The notes beneath the pieces are model-generated. The model worked only from the letters and a program-made list of their open reading frames with translations, was not told the origin of the DNA and did not search any database. A program made the translations under genes and the position numbers. DNA of 64,000 nucleotides from Octopus bimaculoides (Eukaryota): positions 55,094,427 through 55,158,426 of the forward strand of contig NC_068981.1 of NCBI RefSeq assembly GCF_001194135.2, read 5' to 3'. Below are positions 26,370 to 39,810 of this stretch, piece after piece; the first letter of the stretch is position 1, and every line of letters begins with the position of its first letter.

Positions 26370-27300
26370 GTATACAGAAATATGTTGGAGCAACGGAGGG
26401 CCCCTTTAAGCTGTGACTAAATAAACACAAGTCCTCTTTTAGGATTTCAGATAGGTACAACATTACGACTTTGGCCAACTACATATGGCGCTTAAAAGGA
26501 GAGGAAATGCCTCGACCATGTCTCAACAGGAGCAGACAATACAAACTTTGACCGGGAGTTCAAGGATTTTTTTAAATCGCTTTATTCAGAGACCTTCTTA
26601 AATTCCATATGTAAGGTGTTCAGTCGGTGCTCTCATGAGAGAAAATTAGTGTTTACTGACTAATGAAAGGAAATCGGAGATAAACTGATCCTTTTCGGAT
26701 ACGACTGGAACTGTTTTATGAAAGATAACTCCATCTCGCCTAAAAAGGGATTTTCACTTCAATGAATTTCGTTTCAGGGTTTTTTTTTTTCACAACCTTG
26801 CTAACCAAGTCTGTATTCTTACTTCCATTAGAAAAAAGGTCTCGTGCATCCGGCCAACAGGTTTGTTGAGTCACCTATATTGCTAAGAGCACTAATAGAC
26901 AAAAATAAAATTAAGCCTGTTAGATGGCCATTTGTTTTGCCCGCTTGGTTTTGAAACCGGATAGTGATTCAAACAATCTCTGAATTCTAGCCACTCGTTT
27001 GAGTGTGATAAAAAATTATGAATTTTAGAATAGTCCTTGCTGATAAAATTATGATCTTAAGTTTTTAATTTTTAAATTCCTTTTATTCTTAGTCCTATTA
27101 TTTTTTCTTGCATTAATAATGATGGATTACCAGAAGGGGAAACCTCTCTGACGAAGATATATTTTTTTGTCCTGATGAAGGGGCCACTGCCGATTTGGTG
27201 TTTCAATGTGTAATGGATTGCGGCAGTGGGTCTTGAAACGGCCGTAGATGTGGATTTATTCTTGCATCATTCTGGATTCCTTTTTCTTTTGGACTTGACG
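26370..27300 (+). mobile_element. Penelope-like element 3' remnant (GIY-YIG fragment plus downstream ribozyme-bearing region), with unrelated-looking sequence between
   Basis: KYVGATEGPFKL*LNKHKSSFRISDRYNITTLANYIWRLKGE matches PLE YIG.TE..FK.R..NHK.SF....T.L..YIW.LK. A hammerhead motif follows at 27168. Confidence 0.75.
27168..27250 (+). ncRNA. Type I hammerhead ribozyme motif
   Basis: UGUC-CUGAUGA(27172-78)-14-bp stem II with one G-G mismatch and two G-U pairs (CCACUGCCG/CGGCAGUGG perfect)-GAAA(27235)-C GGCC GUA^-GAUG. Palindromic ACGGCCGU stem III; predicted cut after 27246. Confidence 0.7.
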
Positions 27301-28095
27301 ATGGATGTTTTTCTCGGATTCACTTTACGTTTAATAGTCTAACTATATTATTTTTAATCGCCTCGCTATACACATTCATATTTCCATCATATATTTTTAT
27401 CTTCATACGCCGTTTTTTAAATGTTTTCACACCTTTNNNNNNNNNNNNNNNNNNNNNNNNNNNNNNNNNNNNNNNNNNNNNNNNNNNNNNNNNNNNNNNN
27501 NNNNNNNNNNNNNNNNNNNNNNNNNNNNNNNNNNNNNNNNNNNNNNNNNNNNNNNNNNNNNNNNNNNNNNNNNNNNNNNNNNNNNNNNNNNNNNNNNNNN
27601 NNNNNNNNNNNNNNNNNNNNNNNNNNNNNNNNNNNNNNNNNNNNNNNNNNNNNNNNNNNNNNNNNNNNNATATATATATATATACATATGCAAACATACG
27701 TACATTTTGTATCCTGATAATAAATTCACATTCATACCAAAAATAACTGCTGCACTTGATTTTGTGAGTAAATGTCTAAGTGACAATCTAGCAAAGCTAA
27801 TGATATTTGAAAAGAAAACAACTAGCAAACATGCACGTTACAAATACAATCTGTAAGCTGAACACTAAAACAAGTTAAAAAGATATTGTTTCTGCTATCT
27901 GCCTTTCGACGAAGGAGTTTTGTATCTTTGTTAGTAACCAGCTCTTTCCTTAGAGGAAGGCTTCAAATAATTAATAACAGAAGAGTACTACATGTATACA
28001 TAAATTCATGCGTGCATGCATCCATGCATGCATACATACATACATACATACATACACATATGATATATACACATACATACATGCATACACATATG

Positions 28096-28170
<75 letters not shown>

Positions 28171-28290
28171 CGTATGTGTGTCAAAGGGTAGTATGCGTGC
28201 GTGTTTCTTCCTGTCGGTGTGTCCTTCAGAAAGATTTTTCTACCAACATGGGTTATTTATATAGTAAAACCCNNNNNNNNNNNNNNNNNN

Positions 28291-28347
<57 letters not shown>

Positions 28348-28648
28348 TCTCTCTCTCTCTCAGATTTTGAAATGGTTTACTTATTCAGGATATGGACCTA
28401 AAGTAACACTTATTTATCCTGTCTGATACTGATTTTAACCTTAACCCTTATTTGATTTTGTGTTTTAACCTTAACTCTGGTGCTTCTCTATGATACAGAA
28501 CTTGATTACAACATTTCTGCCAAACATAAACATTGATATACTGCCAAGCCCTTCAAAATTGTTAATCGAAAATTTATTTTGCCTATTTCTATTTATTTTA
28601 AACCAAAATAGTCCGTAATAGTATCGCTTTGTTGAAACTTTCCAACAG

Positions 28649-28679
28649 GCCTATCACTGATGATGAAATATCTCAGGGA
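28649..28679 (+). CDS. Weak candidate internal exon (LSLMMKYLR or PITDDEISQG depending on phase)
   Basis: Acceptor CTTTCCAACAG, donor GA|GTATGT; two frames are open and the 3' boundary is ambiguous. Confidence 0.25.
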
Positions 28680-29756
28680 GTATGTAGCTCGATGCAGAAC
28701 ATACAGCTCAAGAGATAACATTCGAAAAGTACCAGTATTTCTGTTTCACTAACTGATGTTTGTATATTTCGTCGATGCGTATCGGCGAAATAGACATTCA
28801 CTCACCCATACACGCACACAGCATTGCCGAATGGTTAAAAAGTTTGCCTCCGCCGCCACAAGCTATCGGTTTCGATCCTACTACGAAGCATCCTGGGCAA
28901 ATGCCATTTCCCATACCCACAGGTCAACCTACACCTTGTGATTCGAATTAGATGGACGGAAACTGTATTGAAGCCTGTCGAATAGATTGGGCCAATAATT
29001 CAAAGCTACTGCTTTGTCACATAATGTGTCACATGCTGTGTCACCTTGTGTTATACTGATTCTGCTTGTGAATGAAGATAAGAGCGCATATGCCCGTGGA
29101 AAACTTGCTAATTCAAAGAGCAAGCAAATCAGTTGATCGAACATCTGAATCCTTATTATCAATCGACGGAGGCCCATCCAAATATGTATGTGTGTGTGTG
29201 TATGTGATGTGTTTCCATACAATTTTCACCTACCAAATTTCAAAAATATTGGCCAACCCAGGCTATGATAGAAGACACTTGCCCAAGCTGCCACGCAGTG
29301 CGATCGAACACTTAACACGTGGTTGTGAAGTGAATTTCTTAATCACACAGCCAAAAGAATGTCTTAATTGCACACTCAAAAGAATTTCTTCTACATTAAC
29401 CGCTAACATCTATCTATACCTATTTGTGTTCCATTATTTGTGTAATGTGTACAAATATAGATAATAGAATATACTTTATTTGAGATTATTAAGTGATTGC
29501 TATTACTCTGATATGGCACGTAGCTAGTTCACTGGTACATATAGAGATTTGTTGTTTCAAATATACCATGTTCTGTCTTTTCTGAGGACTATGCTTCACA
29601 ACTCAGTATGCAGTGAGGAATCGCATAGGGTGAGGTATGATAGGCCGGTCAAGTATTTTCTCCACCATCTGGTCTAAGAAGTAACTTCTATGCGGACATA
29701 CGACCTGTTATAATTGACAGCTTAATCTCGTTTTACATTACCGTTTATAAAAAAAA

Positions 29757-29846
29757 ATGGATGAATATACGGCGTTAGGTAGTTCTGCATATAATGCACA
29801 AGAAAAGAAGATGACATGGTCGTGGAATGAATGCTGGTCGCCCGGT
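29757..29846 (+). CDS. Candidate ATG-containing exon (MDEYTALGSSAYNAQEKKMTWSWNECWSPG)
   Basis: AAAATGG start context, 30 open codons, strong donor GGT|GTAAGT at 29847. Confidence 0.25.
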
Positions 29847-31024
29847 GTAAGTTTGAATCACAGTCTGTTTGAGCTATTTTGCCCAAACGGACAAAATATT
29901 AAGTACTACTAAATGTTTGAATCTCTGGTACATAAATACGACTGAATGCAAAAATCAAAACATTTACCGAAGTATTTTCTAACTACAACACTACTACAAA
30001 TCTAAAACGAAAAAAGGTTTGTTTCACGTTTTTTTTTTCTTTTTACCCCTAGTAAAAATACATTCCTCAAATCTTGAGCTTCAAATCTCAGGACGACTTA
30101 ATATATACAATCTTATCAATAGACGTATATTCCGTATATCTCTGTAAATGCATGAATGTAAACAATAAAACTGTTTCAAATCTAAACATATTCACGTGTG
30201 TCTGGCCTAGTTTATGGTAACAACTATAAACACATGCCGACATACAAACAAACAAGTTCATATCTGTGTATACATAAAGACTCTCAGCGTAATCACTGTC
30301 CCATATACAGTATGTGTATAAATTTCATGTGTATTCAAAGAAATGAAATTCTTCACTTATACACTGGTTTGAGAAATTAGCTGTTCACTCTGCTGTAAAC
30401 AAACTTAGTCTCTTCCAAATTCTTCACTTGTTCACCGTATAACTTAAACTCTCAGCAATTATAATAGCAAGTGAATGTTTTGGTTTGACAATTTGTACTG
30501 CTTCTGGTGCGGTTGTTTTTGTTATTGTTGTTCGTGTAATTATTGTTTTAAATTGGAGTATTGCTGCCAGTGGTTTATATTTTAATACGACATAAGTATA
30601 TGAGTGAATGCATGCATCCGAGGATATCATAAGCGCCAAAGTAAATATTTAGAAATTAGAATATCAACACATACACACGTACCTGTAAATTTATATTCCT
30701 AAAATTGTTGGCATAATCTGCCAAGCGTTGTCATGGTACATTTCCAACTAAATACAAGTAGCGTCACCAACATAATTCAAGAAAATTCTGCACTTTGTTA
30801 CACATTCAGCTTCTGAGAAATTCGAAACCTATGATTTTCAACGGTTTCATGATGGCTGTCAAAATGTTGTTTGAAATAAAATGGGAAAAACTCATTTAGT
30901 ATTCTTTCGGTTAAGATCGCAACGCGAAAGAAAGCATCCATAAATCATAGCGCATAAGCAATCGGACATTCTCGCATCTGTTATACATCGAAAAGAAAAT
31001 GGCTGAACGCACATATACACGTGT

Positions 31025-31121
<97 letters not shown>

Positions 31122-31711
31122 GGGGAAGTACGATTGGTGTATCAGCTAGTTTGCCTTGTGGTATCATCTAGTTTGCCTCCGAGTTCAAATCCCACTCAGG
31201 TCAGCTTTGTCTTTCATCTTTTAGGTGTAGATAAATGAAGTACCAGTACTGCATTAGGGGCGATTCATTTCTTTATCTAGATGTTTCTCTTTCCTTCTGT
31301 AAGAATTTATAAGTTGTATATATATGGTCAGACTTGGAGAGGTATTCACTCTGCCACCAAATCTATGCCCAAGACATGCAGTTTATCACAACGGCGCCTC
31401 TATCATAAGAGTTACGGGCCCATAGCATGGCGTATAGATAGAAGCTTATAATTGTGTGTTTTCACACACACACACACTCTTTTACTTGTTTCAGTCATTT
31501 GACTGCGGTCCTGCTGGAGCACATACAGAGCAATATATACACAATATACACATATGCACTAACCTGTGATACATACAAGAAATATAGATAAATAAAAATA
31601 AAAATAAATAAATATATATATAAATAGATGACTAAATAAATAAATATATTTGTCACATATATAAATATAAGAAATAGACAGATAAAATATAAACAAATAA
31701 ACAAACAAATA

Positions 31712-31880
31712 GGCGCAGGAGTGGCTGTGTGGTAAGTAGCTTGCTTACCAACCACAATGTTCCGGGTTCAGTCCCACGGCGTGGCACCTTGGGCAAATGT
31801 CTTCTACTATAGCCTGGGGCCGACCAAAGCTTTATGAGTGGATTTGGTAGACGGAAACTGAAAGAAGCTCGTCGTATACA
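31712..31880 (+). mobile_element. tRNA-derived SINE family A (head and body, runs into gap)
   Basis: GGAGTGGCTGTGTGGTAAG (A box), GGTTCAGTCCC (B box), ..GGTAGACGGAAACTGAAAGAAG. Other copies or fragments at ~23985-24075(-), ~29210-29350(-), ~45103-45255(+), ~57635-57742(-). Confidence 0.9.
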
Positions 31881-31983
31881 CACACACACACACACANNNN
31901 NNNNNNNNNNNNNNNNNNNNNNNNNNNNNNNNNNNNNNNNNNNNNNNNNNNNNNNNNNNNNNNNNNNNNNNNNNNNNATATAT

Positions 31984-33125
31984 ACAACTTATAAATAAGG
32001 GCAAAAGAAAAAATTCTATGCCAAATATGCCGAGAATAGACTTTAAATCGTCAATAACCACATATAATTCATCACTATAAGCTCATGTCTCGAAGCAAGC
32101 TAACAGAAATGTCTAAAAAAAAAGCCGGTGAGCTGGCAGAAACGTTAGCACGCCGGGCGAAATGATTATCGGTATTTCGTCTGCCGCTACGTTCCGAGTT
32201 CAAATTCCGCCGAGGTCGACTTTGCCTTTCATCCTTTCGGGGTCGATAAATTAAGTACCAGTTACGCACTGAGGTCGATGTAATCGACTTAATCCCTTTG
32301 TCTGTCCTTGTTTGTCTCCACTATGTTTAACCCCTTGTGGGCAATAAAGAAATAAGAAATTTCTAGAAAATTCTGTTATTACCGAATCGGTCCGATTTCT
32401 GAGTTATTCATAAAGAATTTTCTCGTTATCAGCGGCAAATACGTTAAGCAATAAATGAAATACTTACTTGCACCCATGGAACAAGCAGACGCAAAGTCAT
32501 GTGTACACTTAAGTACCCCAAATATATCCAAATACAAATTTTGGTTATTGACGATTTAAAGTCTATTCTCGGCATATTTAGCATAGAATTTTTTTCTTTT
32601 GCCCTTATTTATAAGTTGTTTATAATTTTTACCTTAAAAGGTATTTTTTTAATATACTGGCCACTGATAAAATTTCTTGAAAATTTTATCTTATATTAGA
32701 TGTAAATTTATTATCATTCAATTCCGGACTGTCTCCGACACTATGAGAATTTTCCGTCTGATCGCACGTGTCTCGAGATGTACTGCAAAATTTCTATTTG
32801 GATATATTTGAGGTACTTAAGTGTACTCATGACTTTGCGTCTGCTTGTTCCATGGGTGCAAGTAAGTATTTCATTTATTTCTTAACGTATTTACCGCTCA
32901 TGACGAGAAAATTCATTATGAATCAACTCAGAAATCGGACCGATTCGGTAATAACGGAATTTTCTAGAAATTTCTGTTAGCTTGCGTCGAGACACGTGCT
33001 TATAGTGATGAATTATATGTGGTTATTGACGATTTAAAGTCTATTCTCAGCATATTTGGCATAGAAATTTTTTTCTTTTGCCCTTATATATAAGTTGTTT
33101 ATGATTTTTCGCCTTAAAAGGTATA
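31984..33125. repeat. Complex foldback: left arm 31984-32542 (SINE inside), right arm 32787-33098, plus ~100-bp direct repeat 32543-32645 / 33022-33125
   Basis: Reverse-complement identity read by eye along both arms; the terminal module GGTTATTGACGATTTAAAGTCTATTCTC occurs twice forward and once inverted. Confidence 0.9.
32123..32360 (+). mobile_element. tRNA-derived SINE family B (GCCTTTCATCCTTTCGGGGTCGATAAA core) inserted in the foldback arm
   Basis: Full head, core and tail. Probable ~16-bp TSD AGAAATGTCTAAAAAA (32105) / AGAAATTTCTAGAAAA (32355); the uninterrupted target is seen in the opposite arm. Confidence 0.92.
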
Positions 33126-34690
33126 AAAAAGGATAGAAAAATGGAGAGGGTGGAAACTGAAACATTTTGAACATCTCTAAAAACATCTCATTTTAAACAT
33201 CTCCAGAGGGAGTTTTTGTCTACAGACTACTTGTATAATCTTAGCTGGAAGAAATTTTTCAACACACACTATATTACAGATGGAAGATTCTACTGCTTTT
33301 CTCTATGTGTGTGTGTGTGTGTGTATGTGTGTGTGTGTGTNNNNNNNNNNNNNNNNNNNNNNNNNNNNNNNNNNNNNNNNNNNNNNNNNNNNNNNNNNNN
33401 NNNNNNNNNNNNNNNNNNNNNNNNNNNNNNNNNNNNNNNNNNNNNNNNNNNNNNNNNNNNNNNNNNNNNNNNNNNNNNNNNNNNNNNNNNNNNNNNNNNN
33501 NNNNNNNNNNNNNNNNNNNNNNNNNNNNNNNNNNNNNNNNNTGAGTATGTACGTGCAATTGTGCTGCGTGTGTGATAACGAACACTACACTCAATAATTT
33601 CAAAAGCGATGCTGTAAATGTGTCCCCCTCTGCCATTGATTACTAAAATCCCCAATACAGCATATTCTTTTCTAAGTGGTTTGTTTTATTAATTTTGTTT
33701 TAGTATTTTATTTGGTCTCTCAACTCATTCACTGTAAACTATTTACAAAATGAACTGATTTGTTTAGAAAGTGGCGTTTGGGTGACGAACTGTGATTTAG
33801 ATATGACACATGATTAGATGTCGTGCGTATTGAGTAAATAATCTTATGGCTTCTACATTGGCTAAAAACGAACCAACCAGCTAAAATTAGCATTTCATTT
33901 ACTCTTGTGGCACAGCTTTTCTAAACAAAAGAGTTCGTTATCGCAATCGAAACTATCGTCTAGTGTGGCAAATAAATATCCCTGATATAACTGTTATGTA
34001 TACGTATGTATGCGTGTATGCATATGTGTGAGAGAAAGATAGATGGATCTAGAAAGAGGGAAGGCTGGAAGCAAAAGAGAGAAATAGAGAGTGGGGCTAG
34101 CAAATATTTTTCAATAAAGCGACATGTAACAGATGCGTCTAATAACCGTTTTAAAAATAACCATTCAAAATTTCATTTCAATTGTATGATAAAATGGACA
34201 ATTGCAATTACTTCTTTCTTCTCAGTATCAAAACCCATACATCAACGTACTCGGACTACAGCTAGGATGTATTTCAAAAGGAGTATATCCGTTTTATTAA
34301 TTTCTTTACACTGACTGCAGATAAATTTTAAAATATCTCCGTATAATCTTTGTCTTTGTATAAGTTAGTCCAAGAGGGGCGAACAGCACCCATTATTTCA
34401 GTAAGACCTCCTAGATGATAGGTCAATGCGGTTGATTTTAATTTCAACTTCTTCGGCTTCATATCAACAGAGAAAACATGTTTGCATTGTAGGGTTTAAG
34501 ACACAGTACAAATGACTATGTGATATAGGGGGGGGTGCATTAGGTGATGAGAGGCGTAGTTATATTCGTAACAGTTATGATAGAGCTAAAATAAAATACA
34601 CCTCGTCAGTTGACTAGTAATTTTAGACTATTAAGCAATTAAAGGTTGTCCACTTCGCAAAACGGCTCTTTTTTAAATGCATTTTGGAAT

Positions 34691-35160
34691 TCTTTTACTT
34701 GCTTCAGTCATTTGACTGCGGCCATGCTGGAGCACCGCCTTTAGTCGAGCAAATCGACCTCAGGACTTATTATTTGTAAGCCTAGTACTTATTTTATCGG
34801 TTTCTTTTGCCGAACCGCTAAGTTACGGAAACGTAAACACACCTGCATCGGTTGTCAAGCGATGTTGGGGAGACAAACATAGACACACCAACACACATAC
34901 ANNNNNNNNNNNNNNNNNNNNNNNNNNNNNNNNNNNNNNNNNNNNNNNNNNNNNNNNNNNNNNNNNNNNNNNNNNNNNNNNNNNNNNNNNNNNNNNNNNN
35001 NNNNNNNNNNNNNNNTATATATATGACAGGCTTCTTTCAATTTCCGTATTGGTCGGCCCGAGGCTATAGTAGAAGACACTTGCCCAAAGTGCCACGCAAC
35101 GGGACTGAACCCGAAATCATGTGGTTGGTAAGCAAGCTACTTATCACACAGCCAATCCTG
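34691..35160 (-). mobile_element. SINE family A, near full length with gap in its internal microsatellite
   Basis: Reverse complement of the 61182-61606 copy (tail CAGTCATTTGACTGCGGCCATGCTGGAGCACCGCC, head AAGCAAGCTACTT..CACACAGCC). Confidence 0.9.
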
Positions 35161-37340
35161 TGTAATAACAACAGTGTCCATGACACGTGACCAGTGCTCT
35201 AATTTGAGATATTTACTGTGAGAAGTGTTGTTTTTGACTATGTTATATGTGGCCATCCAGAGAACTCGTTAGAATTCAGTCCTACTGTGCAGCACATTTA
35301 GTGACTTCTCGAATCAACACAATCCTTGTGTGTGAAATTGGGTATAAACACCATCACATGACCCTTTAATACTGTCTTCAGAGCTCTCTTTGTTTCAAAT
35401 ATTTGAACATGTTCCCGCTCTTGTGATAGCACCATGTATTGATGAGCTACTCCAATATTAATAGTTTCTGCCTTCTTTTCTCTTCACCACTCTTAAAATA
35501 ATTTCCGAGTATCATCGTGTAACAGTCATTGAAACAGGTGTAGAGATGGTTAGAGTTTCAAAGTATTGGGGTTTCATCTCCCTCTTCATCATTCAAATGC
35601 ATTTTATTTTCGCAGTAAATAATGAATTTTATTGTTTACAGGAAAGAAAAGTTACTTGCCATTTCCCATCATTTTGTTTTTCAAACTGACCAGCCAGATT
35701 ATAATACTTCATATGTAATCGATATTAATGATCGTTTTTAACTATCATCCCGTCTTACATCTTATTACATTTATTAGCCGTTTCCACTGAAACATATTTC
35801 CTCCAGAGATATTTAATGATATAATTAAAATACATAACATAGATAATATAATGGTTTTTCCTGTACCTCAATCAAATTTTATTACCTCTAAAATATTTTA
35901 AATCTGGTGTCGTATGTTTGTCTCTGATACTTTGAATAACCTCGCAAATATTAATAAAGAAAAAAAACTCACCAGACATCATAAAATATCAAATTATCTC
36001 GTTTCAGTCTGACAACTGAAAAAAAGTAATTAAAATTATATATAATTATCAGATAATTCTTAGTTTATTGAAAATGTGAAACCTTCTCAGTGACGGAGCA
36101 TATGGAGTGGATTTACTGGGCTGGAATACATCAAGAAATGCTAACTTAGTCTAATATTATTTGGATAAATTTTAACTTTTTTCGCATAAATACAAAGCAC
36201 TATTGAAATAGGCCAAGAAATAACACACCTAAATTCAGAAATGTTATTATAAAACGTCATTTAAAAATGAAATAAGTTGCTACTTTCAAATTGTATTAGA
36301 ACGTAGCTGTCAGTACATATAAACGGTCTGTGTCAGTATGAAATTCATGTAGACATTTCAGTACGTACATTAATTAAACTTAAGGCTATGTCTCCTGAAT
36401 TCTAAATTGGGATTCGGTCTCATTTGTATTAATTAATGGAGAGCAAGTACGTACCAAAGTTTGACTATGAAAGGAAATGCTAGAAAAATAAAACTATCAT
36501 TTATACATTTTTATATTGTTTATTACTGTTGGAAGTTGATATAGTTTATGGTGTTACAGAGGAAATCCTGTTTCAAAGAGACATCTTCATCTTCGTGGTG
36601 GTGAAAGACTTTCATTAGTTATACAGCGACATCATTAAAAATACGTAGATGACTACGGCTGCAAATTTGAAGCGTGGGAGGTTTGAAAACGTCAGTCGCA
36701 AATACATTTTCATTGATTAAAAGAAATGCTATACATATACCATGTGACTCATCCTATCTGAGAGCCAGTAAGTAAACATCAACGATATTTAAATTTAAAC
36801 TGTTAGTTTCTTACATAGATGCAATATCAACATTTTAGTAGCTGTTGTGGAATTGCTAAATACGTATTTCTGTTTAATGCGCGTCATCAGTATTAAACAT
36901 CCACCAATGACTTCATACTAAGATAATTCCACCACCGCAGCTGGACACTTTTCGTTTGCTACTGATATACCTCTGTGTTATTTTAACATTATACATCTAC
37001 ATGAGATGCTTTCTGGAGACAGTACTTCTAAGTTAAGTTATGATATACAGAATGCTATTTTGAACTAATATTGCTTCCGTCGCTAATAATTAATATGAAT
37101 TCTTATTGCAAATCCAGGGCCCCTAGAAACATCATAAGTTTTTAGACAAACAATTGTCATTTCAATTCGTTTAGTTTCACTTTATGTTTGAAACTATACA
37201 GTTGTTTTTGACTCTTCAATGACAGCAGTTCAAATAATTGCAAAAGCATTTTTAAAAGCGATGAGATCTTTCAAATCCCCTTCTCTCTTCTCTCCCTACA
37301 CACACAGACACATACACTCACACACATACAGAGAGAGTAG

Positions 37341-37406
<66 letters not shown>

Positions 37407-39627
37407 AAAATAAAAAAATAAAGGAAAATGACAGAAAGACGCATACAGTTGGAGTAGTTCAGATAGTAATCGCTTCTTCGACAGAAGGACATTAAAACGG
37501 AAGAGAATGGTTACGTTCATGAGACATGGTACCTTTGGAGCGGGAGTACTGAAATCGTTGTAATTTCCTGTCGTCTGCTTTATATAAAATATATTCGGAA
37601 AGTAAACTGAATGCTTATAACATATAAATATATTTAAAATATATTTAGTCACGTTGCAAAGTACATATATCAGGATTATATATCATATTTTTCGAGCAAC
37701 CCATGTGATGACAAACTCGCTATGGGCTTCACAAGTTTGTTGATTCCTTTCTCAGACAAAAGCGTAACCGTCACATGACTTGCTGAAAGTAGTGTAAAGT
37801 TACTTATTAATACTGAAAAAAACTCTGTTTAAATGTAAAAGAGATGTAAAAGAGTGTCTATGGTGTGTTAGTTACACAAGCACCCAAAACGTTGGATTCT
37901 AAATTTAAAAACACTATTGAAGATTAATTCTTGCTAACATTAATAAAAAACACACGTACTTCCTTCTGTTACATAAACTATGAGTCACATCTCTAATTTG
38001 CTTATGTGTATTGTGTGTGTGTGTGTTCAATGAGTGTTTGCGTGTATAAGTGTGTATATGCGTAGACATGCGCATACACATTATGGCAATTTTTATAAAG
38101 GTGCTTGTGTTTATAAGTAAAGATAACATTAACATTTGTGCTTATATGAAGCTTATGAAATCATTAGCTTATCCAAATATAACTATATAACAGTTATTTT
38201 CCTCATCAATTTTATATGTAAACAGCTACACGATGAATGTGTACCATCAAACGTGTAAGAATGTAACATAAATGGTAAACAGTTTCAAAGGAATAAAAAT
38301 TTGTAAAGACTATAATCAAGCTTAACATCAAGTGAAGTGAAGTAACATAATAAACAAACTTAATGCTAGAATATCATAATCACAGACGAAAATCTTTTGT
38401 TAAAAATGAGCAAAATAAAGAATTGCTTTTACAAATTAAAGAATGACACGAGGATTTGGGCTGGCTGATTTTATCAACTTATAAAATTGCAGACTCTAGC
38501 AACATTCTTTTGCAGGTTCTCATGTAAAGAAAATTAAAACTATTGTTGCTTTCAGGATGAAACTGGAAATAGAATTAATTGTTTATATCTTCAGTCATGT
38601 TAAGAAATAGTCAAACGTTAGAGCTAGGTCAAAGTCGATGACTCAGGGAGTGTACGGGATTCTTCACGAACGCATTCAATAGTCGTTGTTACGAGTATTT
38701 GCACTCGTTGAAATCAAGATATTTGAGAGATTCCGAAGGCGGAGGGAGGTTAAACTGTTGATGTTGAAACTGTCGGTGATATTACTTAAGTGAAAAAAAT
38801 CAGAGATATCTCTGCCATCATCGGAAAAAAACCCATTTTGGCCAGTTTTCATGTGCACAAGAATCATAGGTCTACCGATTCAAATTCACTGCCAGCAGAT
38901 TCAACACCCGTCGCAAAGTATCTGCTCTCTTCGTGATCACATGCTATCGACCAATGGGAAACGATCAAGCTAGTGCATAACAGACGTATTGCTTCATTCG
39001 TTCACCAAATACTGCCTAACCGAAGTATGCGTCGTACATTTTCATGAAACTGGTATGAATTAAAAACTGATTCCTAATAAACTCAACAGCATTATGTCCT
39101 CTTTCGTTAGAAAGCAAAAATGTGTAAAAAGATGTGTGTGCGTGTGCGCGCGCTTGTGTATATAGAAAGAGAAAAAGGAGAAGATAGAGACGCTCGGATA
39201 TAAATGCGGATATAGACATAGATGGACATTGCTTTTAAGTAAATAAAAAAAAACGATCAGGGAAAGAACTCAATGTGATTGCAGAATATCATACTTATTC
39301 TGAATGAAAATACTTTACAGTTTCGTCTTTTGAGTTTTAAATAATATTCAGTTTGAAAACGCGTTGGACAAAAGCTAAACTAATACATGTTTGTTGTCTA
39401 CACCACCTGTCNNNNNNNNNNNNNNNNNNNNNNNNNNNNNNNNNNNNNNNNNNNNNNNNNNNNNNNNNNNNNNNNNNNNNNNNNNNNNNNNNNNNNNNNN
39501 NNNNNNNNNNNNNNNNNATATATGTATGTATATATACATAAAATAAGTGATAGAGTCAGAAAATGGAAATTTTATTGCTCACAACGATCGTTTCTACTCA
39601 TCTTGCATGTATGCATGTATGTATGTA

Positions 39628-39810
39628 TCATCATCTTCATCATCATCATCGTCATTTAACGTCCGCTTTCCATGCTGGCATGAGTTGGCCGGTTTGGCTG
39701 AGGACTGGTGAGCCACCAGGCTGCACCAGGCTCAATCTGAACTGGCAAAGTTTCTACAGCTGGATGCCCTTTCTAACGCAAACCACTCCGAGAGTGTAGT
39801 GGGTGCTTTT
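39628..39810 (-). mobile_element. Short interspersed repeat with (GAT)n tail (RTE-type 3' end)
   Basis: (CAT)n then TTTAACGTCCGCTTTCCATGCTGGCATG..GGATGCCCTTTCTAACGC, recognised from memory as an RTE-related SINE end. Confidence 0.65.

Noticed and set aside
36860-36895. - strand CTGATGA...GAAATACGTAT
   Set aside because: No stem II can form between the core halves.
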